Of a DNA stretch of 64,000 bases, positions 36,128 to 44,618 are shown one piece after another. The translations under genes were made by a program, and so were the position numbers. This stretch comes from Verrucomicrobiota bacterium (GTDB taxonomy: Bacteria; Verrucomicrobiota; Verrucomicrobiia; Limisphaerales; UBA8199). The notes under the pieces were generated by a model. It searched no databases, was not told the origin of the DNA, and saw only the letters and a program-made list of their open reading frames with translations. The stretch spans positions 629 to 64,628 of the forward strand of contig DAOPPX010000009.1 of assembly GCA_035358715.1 (NCBI GenBank), given 5' to 3'. Numbering within the stretch: position 1 is the stretch's first letter; each line of letters begins with the position of its first letter.

Positions 36128-39100
36128 ATGAGAACGAGAATGCCATTCTTAGCAAACACACTATCTGCTTTCGTGCTGCTGATCGCGGCGGTGACGGCGG
36201 TTGCAGCTTCCCAGCCGTCGCCGCTCTGGACCATCGGCACACCCGACGGCGCGGCCATGGAGCTGGCGCCCGGCGGCCGGGCGGAACTGACCTTCACGAT
36301 CGGCCAAAGCGTTGCCAGCAAAGATTTCGCCGGCAGCCAGGCCGGGTCAATGGAATGGGACGGCAAGACGCTGGAGAAGCCATATCGCATCAAGTTCGAC
36401 CTGGCGGAAGCGCCGCAGGGGCGCTACGAGCTCGTGTTGGACCTGATCTACCATTCCGGCGCGCCAGCGCAGTTCAAGGTCGTGGTGAACGACCGGACCG
36501 GCATCTTCCCGATCCAGCCCGTGGGCAAGAAGAGCGCCTGGGGCGAGGAAGGCAACGAGATGTTGATGGCCCGGCAGCGCCTGGTTGTGCCGATTGACGG
36601 CGCGTGGCTGCGGGCCAAGGGCAACCAACTGGTCTTGATCCCGCTCGGCATCGGCAGCCTGGGCTACGACGCGATCACTTTCCAGCCCGCGGCCGCAGCC
36701 CCCGCCGCCGCGCCGCGGCTGGAGCCGACCCTCTTCTTCCGCAAGCGCGACGCCAGGCTCAAGGAAGTGTGCAACCTGGTCGTGCCGTTCGCGCAGCGGT
36801 TCGAGCGCGCCGCCGCGACGGTGCAGCTCGGCAAACAGACCTTCACCACCACGCTCACCAACGCCCTGTACGACTTCGGCCTGTGGGTGGAGCCGGTCGA
36901 AATCCCGGCGGTGGCGGTGACCGGCCAGGCCGAACTCGAAGTCGCGCTCGGCGGCCAGACCCTGCGCAACACCCACGCCGTCCAGGCGGCCAAGCAGTGG
37001 AAGGTGTTCGTTTGCCCGAAGGTCCACAACGACGTCGGCTACACCGACCTCCAGCCGCACGTGAACGAGCTGGACAACCGCAACACCGACACCGTGCTCG
37101 AAATCCTCGCCCAGCACCCGTTCTACAAGTTCAACTTTGAGACCTCCTGGCTCGTGGACAACTACATGGATTGCCGGACCGCGCCGTTCTGCAAGCGGTT
37201 CTTCGACTACGCCCGCGCCGACCGGATCGGCATCAACGTGCTTTACCTCAATCTCATGACCGGCCTCTGCACGGGCGAGGAGCTCTACCGCGCGATGTAT
37301 TTCACCCACCGGTTGCATCGCGCCGAGGGCAGCGACTTCGATTTCGCCTGCCTCACCGACGCGCCGTCGCACTCGTGGTTTCTGCCCACCCTCCTGCGCG
37401 ACGCCGGCGTGAAGGCCTTCTCCAACGGCGCCAACCAGACCCGCGCCCCGATCCTGCACAACAGCGATCTTAACGAGGACTCGCCCTACTACTGGGAGGG
37501 CCTGAACGGCGAACGCATCTTCATGTGGTACGCCCGCAGCTACGTTCAGCTCAAGCGCCTCACCGGCCCGGGGTGGGGCGGGGACATCTCGAGCGTCGAG
37601 TACCTCAAGCGCAGCGTGCCGCAATTCCTTGTGCGCTACGCCCGCGACAACTACGTGCCGGATGCCGTGATGATTTACGGCGCTTACGTGGACAACGCCG
37701 CCATCCCCGCCCACGGCGAGGCTCCGGCCATCGAGAAATGGAACCGGGAATTCGAGTTCCCGAAGCTCATCGTCGCCACCGATGCCGATTACTTCAACTA
37801 CGTGGAGGAGCATTTCGCCGACAAGCTGCCGGTCTATCGCGGCGATTGCGGCGCCTACTGGGAGGATGGCGTGGGCTCGACCATGCAGGCGACCATCAAG
37901 AACCGCGAGACGCAGCGGGTCCTGCCCGCCGCCGAGACCGCCGCCGCGCTGGCGTCCATCTTCGAGCCCCGGGACCGCTACCCGGCGCAGGATTTCCACC
38001 GCGCCTGGAACAACGTCATGTTCTACAACGAACACACCTGGGGCGCGCACAACAGCATCGCCCAGCCCGGCCGCCAGTTCGTGGAGCGCCAGTGGGAGAT
38101 CAAGGAAAGCTACGCCACCCGCGCGAACCTCGATGCGCGCAGCCTCTTTGCCCGCGGCTGCAACCGGCTGGCCCAGCAAATCGCCGTGGACGGCAGCAGC
38201 ATCCTCGCCTTCAACTGGCAGAACCGCCCGCGCACCGCCCCGCTGGAAATCGATCTCGGCAGCGGCGAGCAGCTCGTGGACCTGGCTGACAACAAGGTCG
38301 TGCCGATGGACATCTACACCGAGACGGACGGCTGGCGCAAAGTGCGCTTCGTGGCGCGCGACGTGCCGGCGATGGGCTACAAAGCCTACGCCATCCGCGG
38401 CCTGGACCCGGCGGCGCACAAGGGCAACGAGAAGCTGGAGGGCGACACCATTGAAAACCAGTTCTACCGCCTGACGGTGGACGTCCAGACCGGCGGCCTC
38501 AAGAGCCTCTTCGACAAGAGCGCCAATCGCGAGCTGCTCGACACCGCTGCGCCCTACAAGCTCAACGAGTACCTTTACGTGCGCGGCGGCGAGGGCTCGC
38601 TCATCCTCAACTTCACCTTCGGCACGCCGCCCGCCAACCTCACCATCCACGAGCCGGAGCGGGCCACGATCACCAAGGTCCGCAAGACGCCGCTGGGCCA
38701 GCGCCTGATCATTGAAACGAAGTCGAAGAACACGCCCAAAGTGGTCAGCGAATACCTGCTCTACGACGCCGTCAAGCGTGTCGAGATCGTGAACACCGTC
38801 GAGAAGGACGAGGTCCGCGCCAAGGAGGCCGTCTATTTTGCGTTCCCGTTTGCGGCGCAGACCCCGGCGATGGAATACCAGATTCAAAACGGCTGGTGCC
38901 GGCCCAACCAGGACCAGATGCCGGGCGCGTGCCGCGAGTGGTTCACGCCGCAGAACCTCGTCCACGTCCAGGACGGCGATTTCTCCGTGGCCTGGTCCAC
39001 ACTGGATGCGCCGCTGGTGACCCTCACCGACATCAACCGCGGCAAATGGCTCGCGCACCTCCCCATCCGCAACGGCCACGTCTATTCCTACGCGATGAAC

Positions 39101-39595
39101 AACTACTGGTTCACCAATTACCGCGCGCAGCAAGGCGGGCGGTTCGTGTTCCGCTACGCCATCACCAGCGCGCGGGGCCTGGGGCGCGAGGAGCTCGCGC
39201 GGTTCGACCAGGACACCCGCACCCCGGTGCTCGCCTACCCCTTCCTGTCGTCTTTCTCGGCGGCGATCTCGCAAGCCGGCCGGCCGATGCCGTCGGGCGG
39301 CGGGTCCTTTCTGGCCTGCGACGCCCCGAACATCGAGATGGTCACGCTCAAGGAAGCCGAGGACGGCGAGGGCTTCATTCTGCGCTTCCGCGAAGTCGCC
39401 GGGCACGGCGGCGAGGCCCAGTTCAAGCTGCCGACCTTCCGCGCCACCGAAGCGCACCTCTGCAACGGCGTCGAAGTCAACCAGCAGAAGCTCGCCCTGT
39501 CGGGCGACACATTGAACGTCCCCTACAAGCCCTACGCCTTCACCACCGTCCGCCTGAAGCCCGGAAAACCCGCCACGAAGGTATCCGCCAGGTAG
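36128..39595 (+). CDS. GH38-like (class II alpha-mannosidase-type) glycoside hydrolase with an N-terminal accessory beta-domain
   Basis: Signal 'MRTRMPFLANTLSAFVLLIAAVTAVAA'. 'VFVCPKVHNDVGYTD' parallels the GH38 'VFVVPHSHNDPGW' Zn-site block, with H-x-D retained. Length is 1155 aa. The ATG at 36128 is preferred; the 243-codon upstream extension overlaps the previous gene. Confidence 0.65.
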   Translation: MRTRMPFLANTLSAFVLLIAAVTAVAASQPSPLWTIGTPDGAAMELAPGGRAELTFTIGQSVASKDFAGSQAGSMEWDGKTLEKPYRIKFDLAEAPQGRYELVLDLIYHSGAPAQFKVVVNDRTGIFPIQPVGKKSAWGEEGNEMLMARQRLVVPIDGAWLRAKGNQLVLIPLGIGSLGYDAITFQPAAAAPAAAPRLEPTLFFRKRDARLKEVCNLVVPFAQRFERAAATVQLGKQTFTTTLTNALYDFGLWVEPVEIPAVAVTGQAELEVALGGQTLRNTHAVQAAKQWKVFVCPKVHNDVGYTDLQPHVNELDNRNTDTVLEILAQHPFYKFNFETSWLVDNYMDCRTAPFCKRFFDYARADRIGINVLYLNLMTGLCTGEELYRAMYFTHRLHRAEGSDFDFACLTDAPSHSWFLPTLLRDAGVKAFSNGANQTRAPILHNSDLNEDSPYYWEGLNGERIFMWYARSYVQLKRLTGPGWGGDISSVEYLKRSVPQFLVRYARDNYVPDAVMIYGAYVDNAAIPAHGEAPAIEKWNREFEFPKLIVATDADYFNYVEEHFADKLPVYRGDCGAYWEDGVGSTMQATIKNRETQRVLPAAETAAALASIFEPRDRYPAQDFHRAWNNVMFYNEHTWGAHNSIAQPGRQFVERQWEIKESYATRANLDARSLFARGCNRLAQQIAVDGSSILAFNWQNRPRTAPLEIDLGSGEQLVDLADNKVVPMDIYTETDGWRKVRFVARDVPAMGYKAYAIRGLDPAAHKGNEKLEGDTIENQFYRLTVDVQTGGLKSLFDKSANRELLDTAAPYKLNEYLYVRGGEGSLILNFTFGTPPANLTIHEPERATITKVRKTPLGQRLIIETKSKNTPKVVSEYLLYDAVKRVEIVNTVEKDEVRAKEAVYFAFPFAAQTPAMEYQIQNGWCRPNQDQMPGACREWFTPQNLVHVQDGDFSVAWSTLDAPLVTLTDINRGKWLAHLPIRNGHVYSYAMNNYWFTNYRAQQGGRFVFRYAITSARGLGREELARFDQDTRTPVLAYPFLSSFSAAISQAGRPMPSGGGSFLACDAPNIEMVTLKEAEDGEGFILRFREVAGHGGEAQFKLPTFRATEAHLCNGVEVNQQKLALSGDTLNVPYKPYAFTTVRLKPGKPATKVSAR

Positions 39596-39623
39596 CGCAG
39601 GGGTGCAAACCTGTCGTGGACGG

Positions 39624-39701
39624 GGAGGGCGCGCGTCCACGCGAGCCCTGATTTCCTCGGGGGCTCAAGGATATTTGGGCTCGCGCGGACGCTCGCCCTC
39701 C
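39624..39701. repeat. 25-bp inverted repeat (2 mismatches, 28-nt spacer) filling the gap between two convergent stop codons; candidate bidirectional terminator
   Basis: ggagggcgcgcgtccacgcgagccc (39624-39648) versus gggctcgcgcggacgctcgccctcc (39677-39701). Flanking stops are at 39593-39595 (+) and 39704-39706 (-). No T-tract. Confidence 0.5.
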
Positions 39702-39703
39702 CA

Positions 39704-40684
39704 TCAAGGCTTCTTCAAGTGCCTGGCAAAGAAGTCCTCGATCTGCTTCATGCTCTCGGGACTGGTGAACAGGGCGCCGCCATGCTTGCCGCCTTTGAGC
39801 ACCACGTAGGTTGCGTCTGCTCCCGCCTTTTTCAGCGCCGCGGCGAACGTCTCGCTTTGGGCGATTGGCACCGTCCGGTCCTGGTCGCCGTGCATGATGA
39901 GGAACGGCGCGGCGTTGCTGGAAACGTAGGTCATCGGGCTGGCCTTTCTGGCTTTTTCCTTGTTCTCTTGCGGGTTGCCGCCGAGCAGGTTACTGCGGGC
40001 GTCTTTCGCGCCCACCGTGAGGAAATCCGTGGGGCCATACCAGTCCACCACAGCCTGCACACGGCTGGATTGTTCCGCGTTGCCGCCCGAGCCCTCGAGG
40101 TCCTTGACCCCTGCCGTGGTGCCCAGCAACGCCACCAGGTGCCCGCCCGCCGAGCCGCCCCATGCGCCGATATGGTCCGCATCCAGGCCGTATTTCCGGG
40201 CGTTGGCGCGCAGCCAGCGCACCGCCGCCTTGCAGTCGTGAATTTGGGCAGGAAAGGTCGCGTGCTGGCTGAACCGGTAGTTCATCGAAGCCACCGCATA
40301 GCCCTTGGTGGCAAAGCGGAAGGCCGGCCCGTTGGTCTTGTCCCCACGTGTCCAACCCCCGCCATGCACCCAAAGGATCACGGGCAGCGGACGGGGCGCC
40401 TTTTCGGGAAGGTAAAGGTCCAGCCGGTTGCGCGCGTGCCCGCCCTGGACGTATTCCAGGTCCCGCAGCACTTGAACGTCCGGCAGCACGGGCCGGGCCT
40501 TAGCCTGCGGCGCGGCGGGGGCCGGCTCCAGGCCCAAGAGCGTGACGCTGGCCAGTGCCAGCAGGAGTGTTAAGCGGCCGGGCAATCGTCGGCGGGACGC
40601 GGCTGGGGTCACTTGGGGCCGCGCGGCCGCGCCAACCGCCGCCAGGTGGGAGCGCGCAAACGGACTATTGATCAAGCACATCAT
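39704..40684 (-). CDS. Secreted alpha/beta-hydrolase esterase (HSL/BD-FAE-like)
   Basis: Oxyanion 'VILWVHGGGW', nucleophile elbow 'GAWGGSAGGHL' and acid/His region 'FLIMHGDQDRTVP'. Signal-like 'LTLLLALASVTLLG'. Confidence 0.8.
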   Translation of the reverse strand: MMCLINSPFARSHLAAVGAAARPQVTPAASRRRLPGRLTLLLALASVTLLGLEPAPAAPQAKARPVLPDVQVLRDLEYVQGGHARNRLDLYLPEKAPRPLPVILWVHGGGWTRGDKTNGPAFRFATKGYAVASMNYRFSQHATFPAQIHDCKAAVRWLRANARKYGLDADHIGAWGGSAGGHLVALLGTTAGVKDLEGSGGNAEQSSRVQAVVDWYGPTDFLTVGAKDARSNLLGGNPQENKEKARKASPMTYVSSNAAPFLIMHGDQDRTVPIAQSETFAAALKKAGADATYVVLKGGKHGGALFTSPESMKQIEDFFARHLKKP

Positions 40685-40775
40685 AACCCCGGTATTTCAT
40701 GTCCCGCACGAAATGTCAACAGGCCGGATTCGGGCGGGCCGCAGCACCTCCCGAGCCTGATTCTTGGCCAGGGTT

Positions 40776-41609
40776 TCATTGCCCGCCTCGCGCCCAATGG
40801 TCGAAGTGGATGAACTTCTGCCACAAGGGCGTGGTTCGCACATGGTCCTTTTCTGTGAGCGGCCAGTCGCTGCGGGGTTTGCGCTCCAGAAGGCCCAGGT
40901 CGGTCAGCGGCTTCAGCACATAGCCGTCCAGGATCCATTCTTCCTTGTCGTACTCGGACACCATCGCGGCATGGAGCTGGTTGAGCACGCCCGGCAGCAG
41001 AATTTGTTCGGCCAGGCCGCCGACCGGTGTCCAGTCGCGGGCCACGTTGTCGAGGCGCCAGAGGATCACGGGCATGGTTTGCTGGATGCCGGGCACGTCG
41101 CGGAGGTGGAAATCGTAGTGGAGGTCGAACTTGAGGAAGTAGGCGAGGAAGAGCTTGCGGTAGAGCGCCCCGGCGTATGGATCCGCGCGCAGCTCGCGGC
41201 CGGCCCGGGTGAGCTGGAAGCGCTTGTTCCGCCGGGCGACCAGGCCGGCGCATTCGCTGACGATCCGGACCACGTGCAGCGGCCACACATCCTGTTCGTT
41301 GAGGACCTTGCAGACCTGGAGGGTGATGTCACGGAAGCGCTCGGGCAGGATCAGCCGGTCGAACATCTGCCGCACGAACACGCGGTTGAGGTTGCCGGTG
41401 GCGGTGGTCGGGGTGCCGCCGGCTTCATCCAGCGCGGCGAGGAACAGGCGGGTATTTTGGAAGAAGGTAGCAGGCGCCAGGTCGGGCAGCGTGAGGTCCG
41501 GGCTGAGCCGCATCGGGCCGTCGGCGGAATCCCAGTCGGCGACGAGCAGGCGGCGCAGGAAGGTGTCGAAGGCCTCACGGCTGCCGGGTTCGGGAGCGAA
41601 TTGGATCAT
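40776..41609 (-). CDS. Hypothetical protein (277 aa), no recognisable family
   Basis: Natural amino-acid composition (W/F/Y/K/N present), unlike the E/G/V/H-rich antisense ORF. Its ATG overlaps the upstream gene's stop as ATGA (41606-41609). Possible winged-helix-like strings: 'KRFQLTRAGRELRADP' and 'LKPLTDLGLLERK'. Confidence 0.6.
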   Translation of the reverse strand: MIQFAPEPGSREAFDTFLRRLLVADWDSADGPMRLSPDLTLPDLAPATFFQNTRLFLAALDEAGGTPTTATGNLNRVFVRQMFDRLILPERFRDITLQVCKVLNEQDVWPLHVVRIVSECAGLVARRNKRFQLTRAGRELRADPYAGALYRKLFLAYFLKFDLHYDFHLRDVPGIQQTMPVILWRLDNVARDWTPVGGLAEQILLPGVLNQLHAAMVSEYDKEEWILDGYVLKPLTDLGLLERKPRSDWPLTEKDHVRTTPLWQKFIHFDHWARGGQ

Positions 41610-42343
41610 AGGGTCGGGGGCGGGTTGGGCGGGTTAGTCTTTGGGGGCACAGAATTGGATAGATAGGACGGGTTGGGCCGCGGGGCGGCTGGGTTGGTCT
41701 GGATGGGCCGGTTCCGTTTAAAGGTGGGCCGGGGCGGCAGGGCGCGGGCCTGCTGCCGGGCCTGGTAGAGCCGCTCGGTGAAACCGCCCTGGCGCAGAAA
41801 TGCCTGCTCCAACTGCCGGAGGAGTTGGTCCAGGAGGTAGTTGGTTTGGTGTACTAGGCAGAGCATGGTGTTGGCAGCCACCTCGGGCGGGGCGTTTTCG
41901 ATATGGGACTTATAGGTCGTATAGGACCTATTTGGCGCATAGGCCAGGCGGCGCACCAGGTGGGACATGGGGTGGTCTTTGCCCCACGCTGCCAGGCCGC
42001 GCTGGCGCAGGAAGTCTTTGTAGTCACCCAGCAGTTCTTCCAGGCTGGCGCGCGCCACGCCCACCAGCTTCAGCTCCATTTTCTTGGACGTGCCGCTCAC
42101 CTGGCTGCCCTCGGCGATGTTCTTGTTTCCGCTGCGCGCCGCCTGAACCATCTGGTCGTGGGTGCGGGACTTGGCGTCAATGAAGCGGTCGCAGAACTTC
42201 ACGGTGGCGTCATACACCAGCACTGACATCTGGTAAGCTTGCAGGCCCGCGTAGCCTCCATGCGGCGGGATGAAGCCGGGCAGGTTTCCTGGATCGGGGG
42301 AATTCGTCATATAGGACTCATTTTGACAGGAGCTTCTGGACAT
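41606..42343 (-). CDS. Four-helix-bundle protein of the '23S rRNA intervening-sequence protein' family with four-helix-bundle-suffix region and Pro/Asn-rich tail
   Basis: 'LQAYQMSVLVYDATVKFCDRF...SRTHDQMVQAARSGNKNIAEGS...KKMELKLVGVARASLEELLGDY' is the family core. 'GGFTERLYQARQQ' is the suffix. The tail is '...NPAAPRPNPSYLSNSVPPKTNPPNPPPTL'. The start is M1 (42343) or M12 (42310). Confidence 0.8.
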   Translation of the reverse strand: MSRSSCQNESYMTNSPDPGNLPGFIPPHGGYAGLQAYQMSVLVYDATVKFCDRFIDAKSRTHDQMVQAARSGNKNIAEGSQVSGTSKKMELKLVGVARASLEELLGDYKDFLRQRGLAAWGKDHPMSHLVRRLAYAPNRSYTTYKSHIENAPPEVAANTMLCLVHQTNYLLDQLLRQLEQAFLRQGGFTERLYQARQQARALPPRPTFKRNRPIQTNPAAPRPNPSYLSNSVPPKTNPPNPPPTL

Positions 42344-42572
42344 TGGCCATGATCTCCACGAGGAGAAGGGGCACGACGAACTTGCGGCATGTGTCGGCCT
42401 CGGTCATTGGGATGGTTCCAACGAGTGGCGCCCCGGGAAGAGGGCTTGGCAACGGACCGATAGCTTTAAGACTGTGCCGCCCATGGTGAAAAGTCGCGCA
42501 AGGATAGTGTGGACGGCCTGTGGGTACACGAAGAAAAGGCCGAAGCGCAACAACCGCACGCCGGGCCGGGCG

Positions 42573-44459
42573 TCATTTCCGGCGAGCTTGTTGTTCATCG
42601 AACACGGCCAGCATCGGCAGGTAGTTGTCCACGAGGAACCCTTCGTAACCGTGGCAGCCACCCTTCCAGTCACGCCAGTCCTTGGACATCCCGTTCGCAC
42701 CGAAGCCCTGGAAATCGCCTCGGGCATACCCATCGAGGAGCGGATAATAGAGCCGGCGTGCTTCGGTGGTCCTGCCGGTTAGGTAGAGGGCCTTGATGGT
42801 GAAATAGGCAAAGCAGCCAGTGGCCCCGCCGTTTTCGTAGAATTGAAAGCCGTCTGAGCCGTCTTCCAACCGCGGCACGCCATGCACTTCGGGGGGCGTT
42901 TCGTGGTACACGTAGTCGCCCTTGCGCACGGGAACCAGGTTGCCGGGCAGGCCCAAATCAAACCGCGTATAGCCGACCTCCGCCAGTTTTGCCAATAGCT
43001 GATCGAGGATTCGCTCGCCGGCCCTGGCGTCAACCACGCCATAGGTGATGGCTACGCCGCTGACGAAGGTGAACCAGTAGTCATGGAGCTGCCCATCCAC
43101 GCTTCGCCAGCCCGCGAGGACGCCGGTGGCCGGGTTCAAGAACGCGGGAAGATAGGCGCGGCGCAGGGCCTCGGCGCGGGCGGCAAAGAAGTCGGCGTCG
43201 CCAGGGTGGCCGAGGTGGCGGGCCACCCGGGCAAATTGCGTCGCGGCACGAAATGCCAGGGCGTTGGCGTAGGCATCTTCATGGCCGAAATTGATCGTGT
43301 CCCACCAGTTCGCCGGGCGGCGGTCCGCCGTCGGGCGGTCGCCATAGTTTCCGCTCGTCGGGTATTCGATCAGCCCGTTGTTGTCGCGGTCAGAGGCGAA
43401 CATCTTTCGTCCCCATCCGGCGAGCTGGTCGTAATGAGCGCGCGCCCATTTCCAATCCTTCGCGTCCAGCGTGTAATAGCACGCGGCCAGTAGCAACGAG
43501 GGATAGGAGTCCGAGGAGTCATAAGGCGAGCCCCAACCGACGATGTCGGCGCGTCCGGGATTATCCTTGCCATAGCCGACCTGGCCGTAGCCCTTCATGC
43601 CGGCCAGGTAGCGGTCCAACGTCATGCGGATCAAGTCCAGCGCGCTGAGTCCGTCCGCCAACGGGGGGGCGTGGCGGGCGATTTCAGCGTACTTGAAGAG
43701 CGTGAACGCGCAGGCGTCGCTCGATGAGTTGTTGGCGAGCATTTGCAGGCGCGGGTTCACCTGAAGGATGTTCAAGTAGCCGCGCCGGAGCCCATCGAAC
43801 CGGGCGTCGCCCTCGATTCCTGCAAGCTTCGGGTAAATGGCGGCGGTCTCCAGCCGGTAGGAAACGCGAGGCCGCGCGGCGTCGGCCGGAGGGAAGCACA
43901 CCTTGACGAAGCTGGGCCGCACGTAGCGGCGCGCATCGCACTCGACCTTCGCGCCCTTGCCATTGGAACGAATGCGCACCGAGCCGCGATCCGGCAGATG
44001 CAGCACGCAGGGCAGCGCTACCCGGTTCGTGCCGGGTTCCATCAGCCCGAGCACGGTGGCGTGGTTGGCCTTCTGGCTGAACTTGAGGACGAAGGGCACG
44101 TTGGCGGCGCCGGGCAAGTAGCGGGACCGAAGTTCGAGTGTTCTCTCGCCGCAAACTACCTCCCAGGCTGCCACAGTCTTCCCGCCCGATGGCTGCGCAA
44201 GGTAGGCAAACCTGCCGGGGCCGCGCGCCTCGAACAACAGCCCGCCCCCCGGCGCGGAGGTTGGCAACACCGGATTATCACCCAGCTTGCCCTGGCCCAG
44301 CGCGTCCACGGTGAACACCGCGAAAGCAGGATTGGTGCGGGAAAGCCCGATGGCCAGATGGCGCGACTGGAAGTCAGGTACGGCAGCGCCGGCCATTCCA
44401 GCCAGGCAAAGGCATAGGAGCCCAAGCAATTGGCTCAACCTCACTTTGTGAACGGTCAT
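42573..44459 (-). CDS. Secreted (alpha/alpha)6-barrel-like putative glycoside hydrolase
   Basis: Signal 'LLGLLCLCLAGMAGAA'. The C-terminal half is rich in W/Y/D blocks ('PANWWDTINFGHEDAYANALAFRA', 'FQFYENGGATGCFAYFTIKALY') typical of six-hairpin glycosidases. The family is not identified. Confidence 0.5.
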   Translation of the reverse strand: MTVHKVRLSQLLGLLCLCLAGMAGAAVPDFQSRHLAIGLSRTNPAFAVFTVDALGQGKLGDNPVLPTSAPGGGLLFEARGPGRFAYLAQPSGGKTVAAWEVVCGERTLELRSRYLPGAANVPFVLKFSQKANHATVLGLMEPGTNRVALPCVLHLPDRGSVRIRSNGKGAKVECDARRYVRPSFVKVCFPPADAARPRVSYRLETAAIYPKLAGIEGDARFDGLRRGYLNILQVNPRLQMLANNSSSDACAFTLFKYAEIARHAPPLADGLSALDLIRMTLDRYLAGMKGYGQVGYGKDNPGRADIVGWGSPYDSSDSYPSLLLAACYYTLDAKDWKWARAHYDQLAGWGRKMFASDRDNNGLIEYPTSGNYGDRPTADRRPANWWDTINFGHEDAYANALAFRAATQFARVARHLGHPGDADFFAARAEALRRAYLPAFLNPATGVLAGWRSVDGQLHDYWFTFVSGVAITYGVVDARAGERILDQLLAKLAEVGYTRFDLGLPGNLVPVRKGDYVYHETPPEVHGVPRLEDGSDGFQFYENGGATGCFAYFTIKALYLTGRTTEARRLYYPLLDGYARGDFQGFGANGMSKDWRDWKGGCHGYEGFLVDNYLPMLAVFDEQQARRK

Positions 44460-44618
44460 AACGGGCCGATGCTAAAGCCCGGCGAGAAGTAAATCAATGC
44501 AATGTGGAGGGGCTCTTCCCGGCGCTGCCGGAGGGTGCCGAATGTGGCCGCTATTATCGGCGCGAGAAGTTTAGCCCTGACAGGTTGGTGGCGGCTGTGT
44601 TTCATTCCGCTTTGTTCG

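Noticed and set aside
36347-39640. 1097-codon ORF on the minus strand
   Set aside because: It is antisense to the GH38-like gene. Composition is dominated by G/A/V/R/E/H/D runs with no recognisable domain, so it is a shadow ORF.
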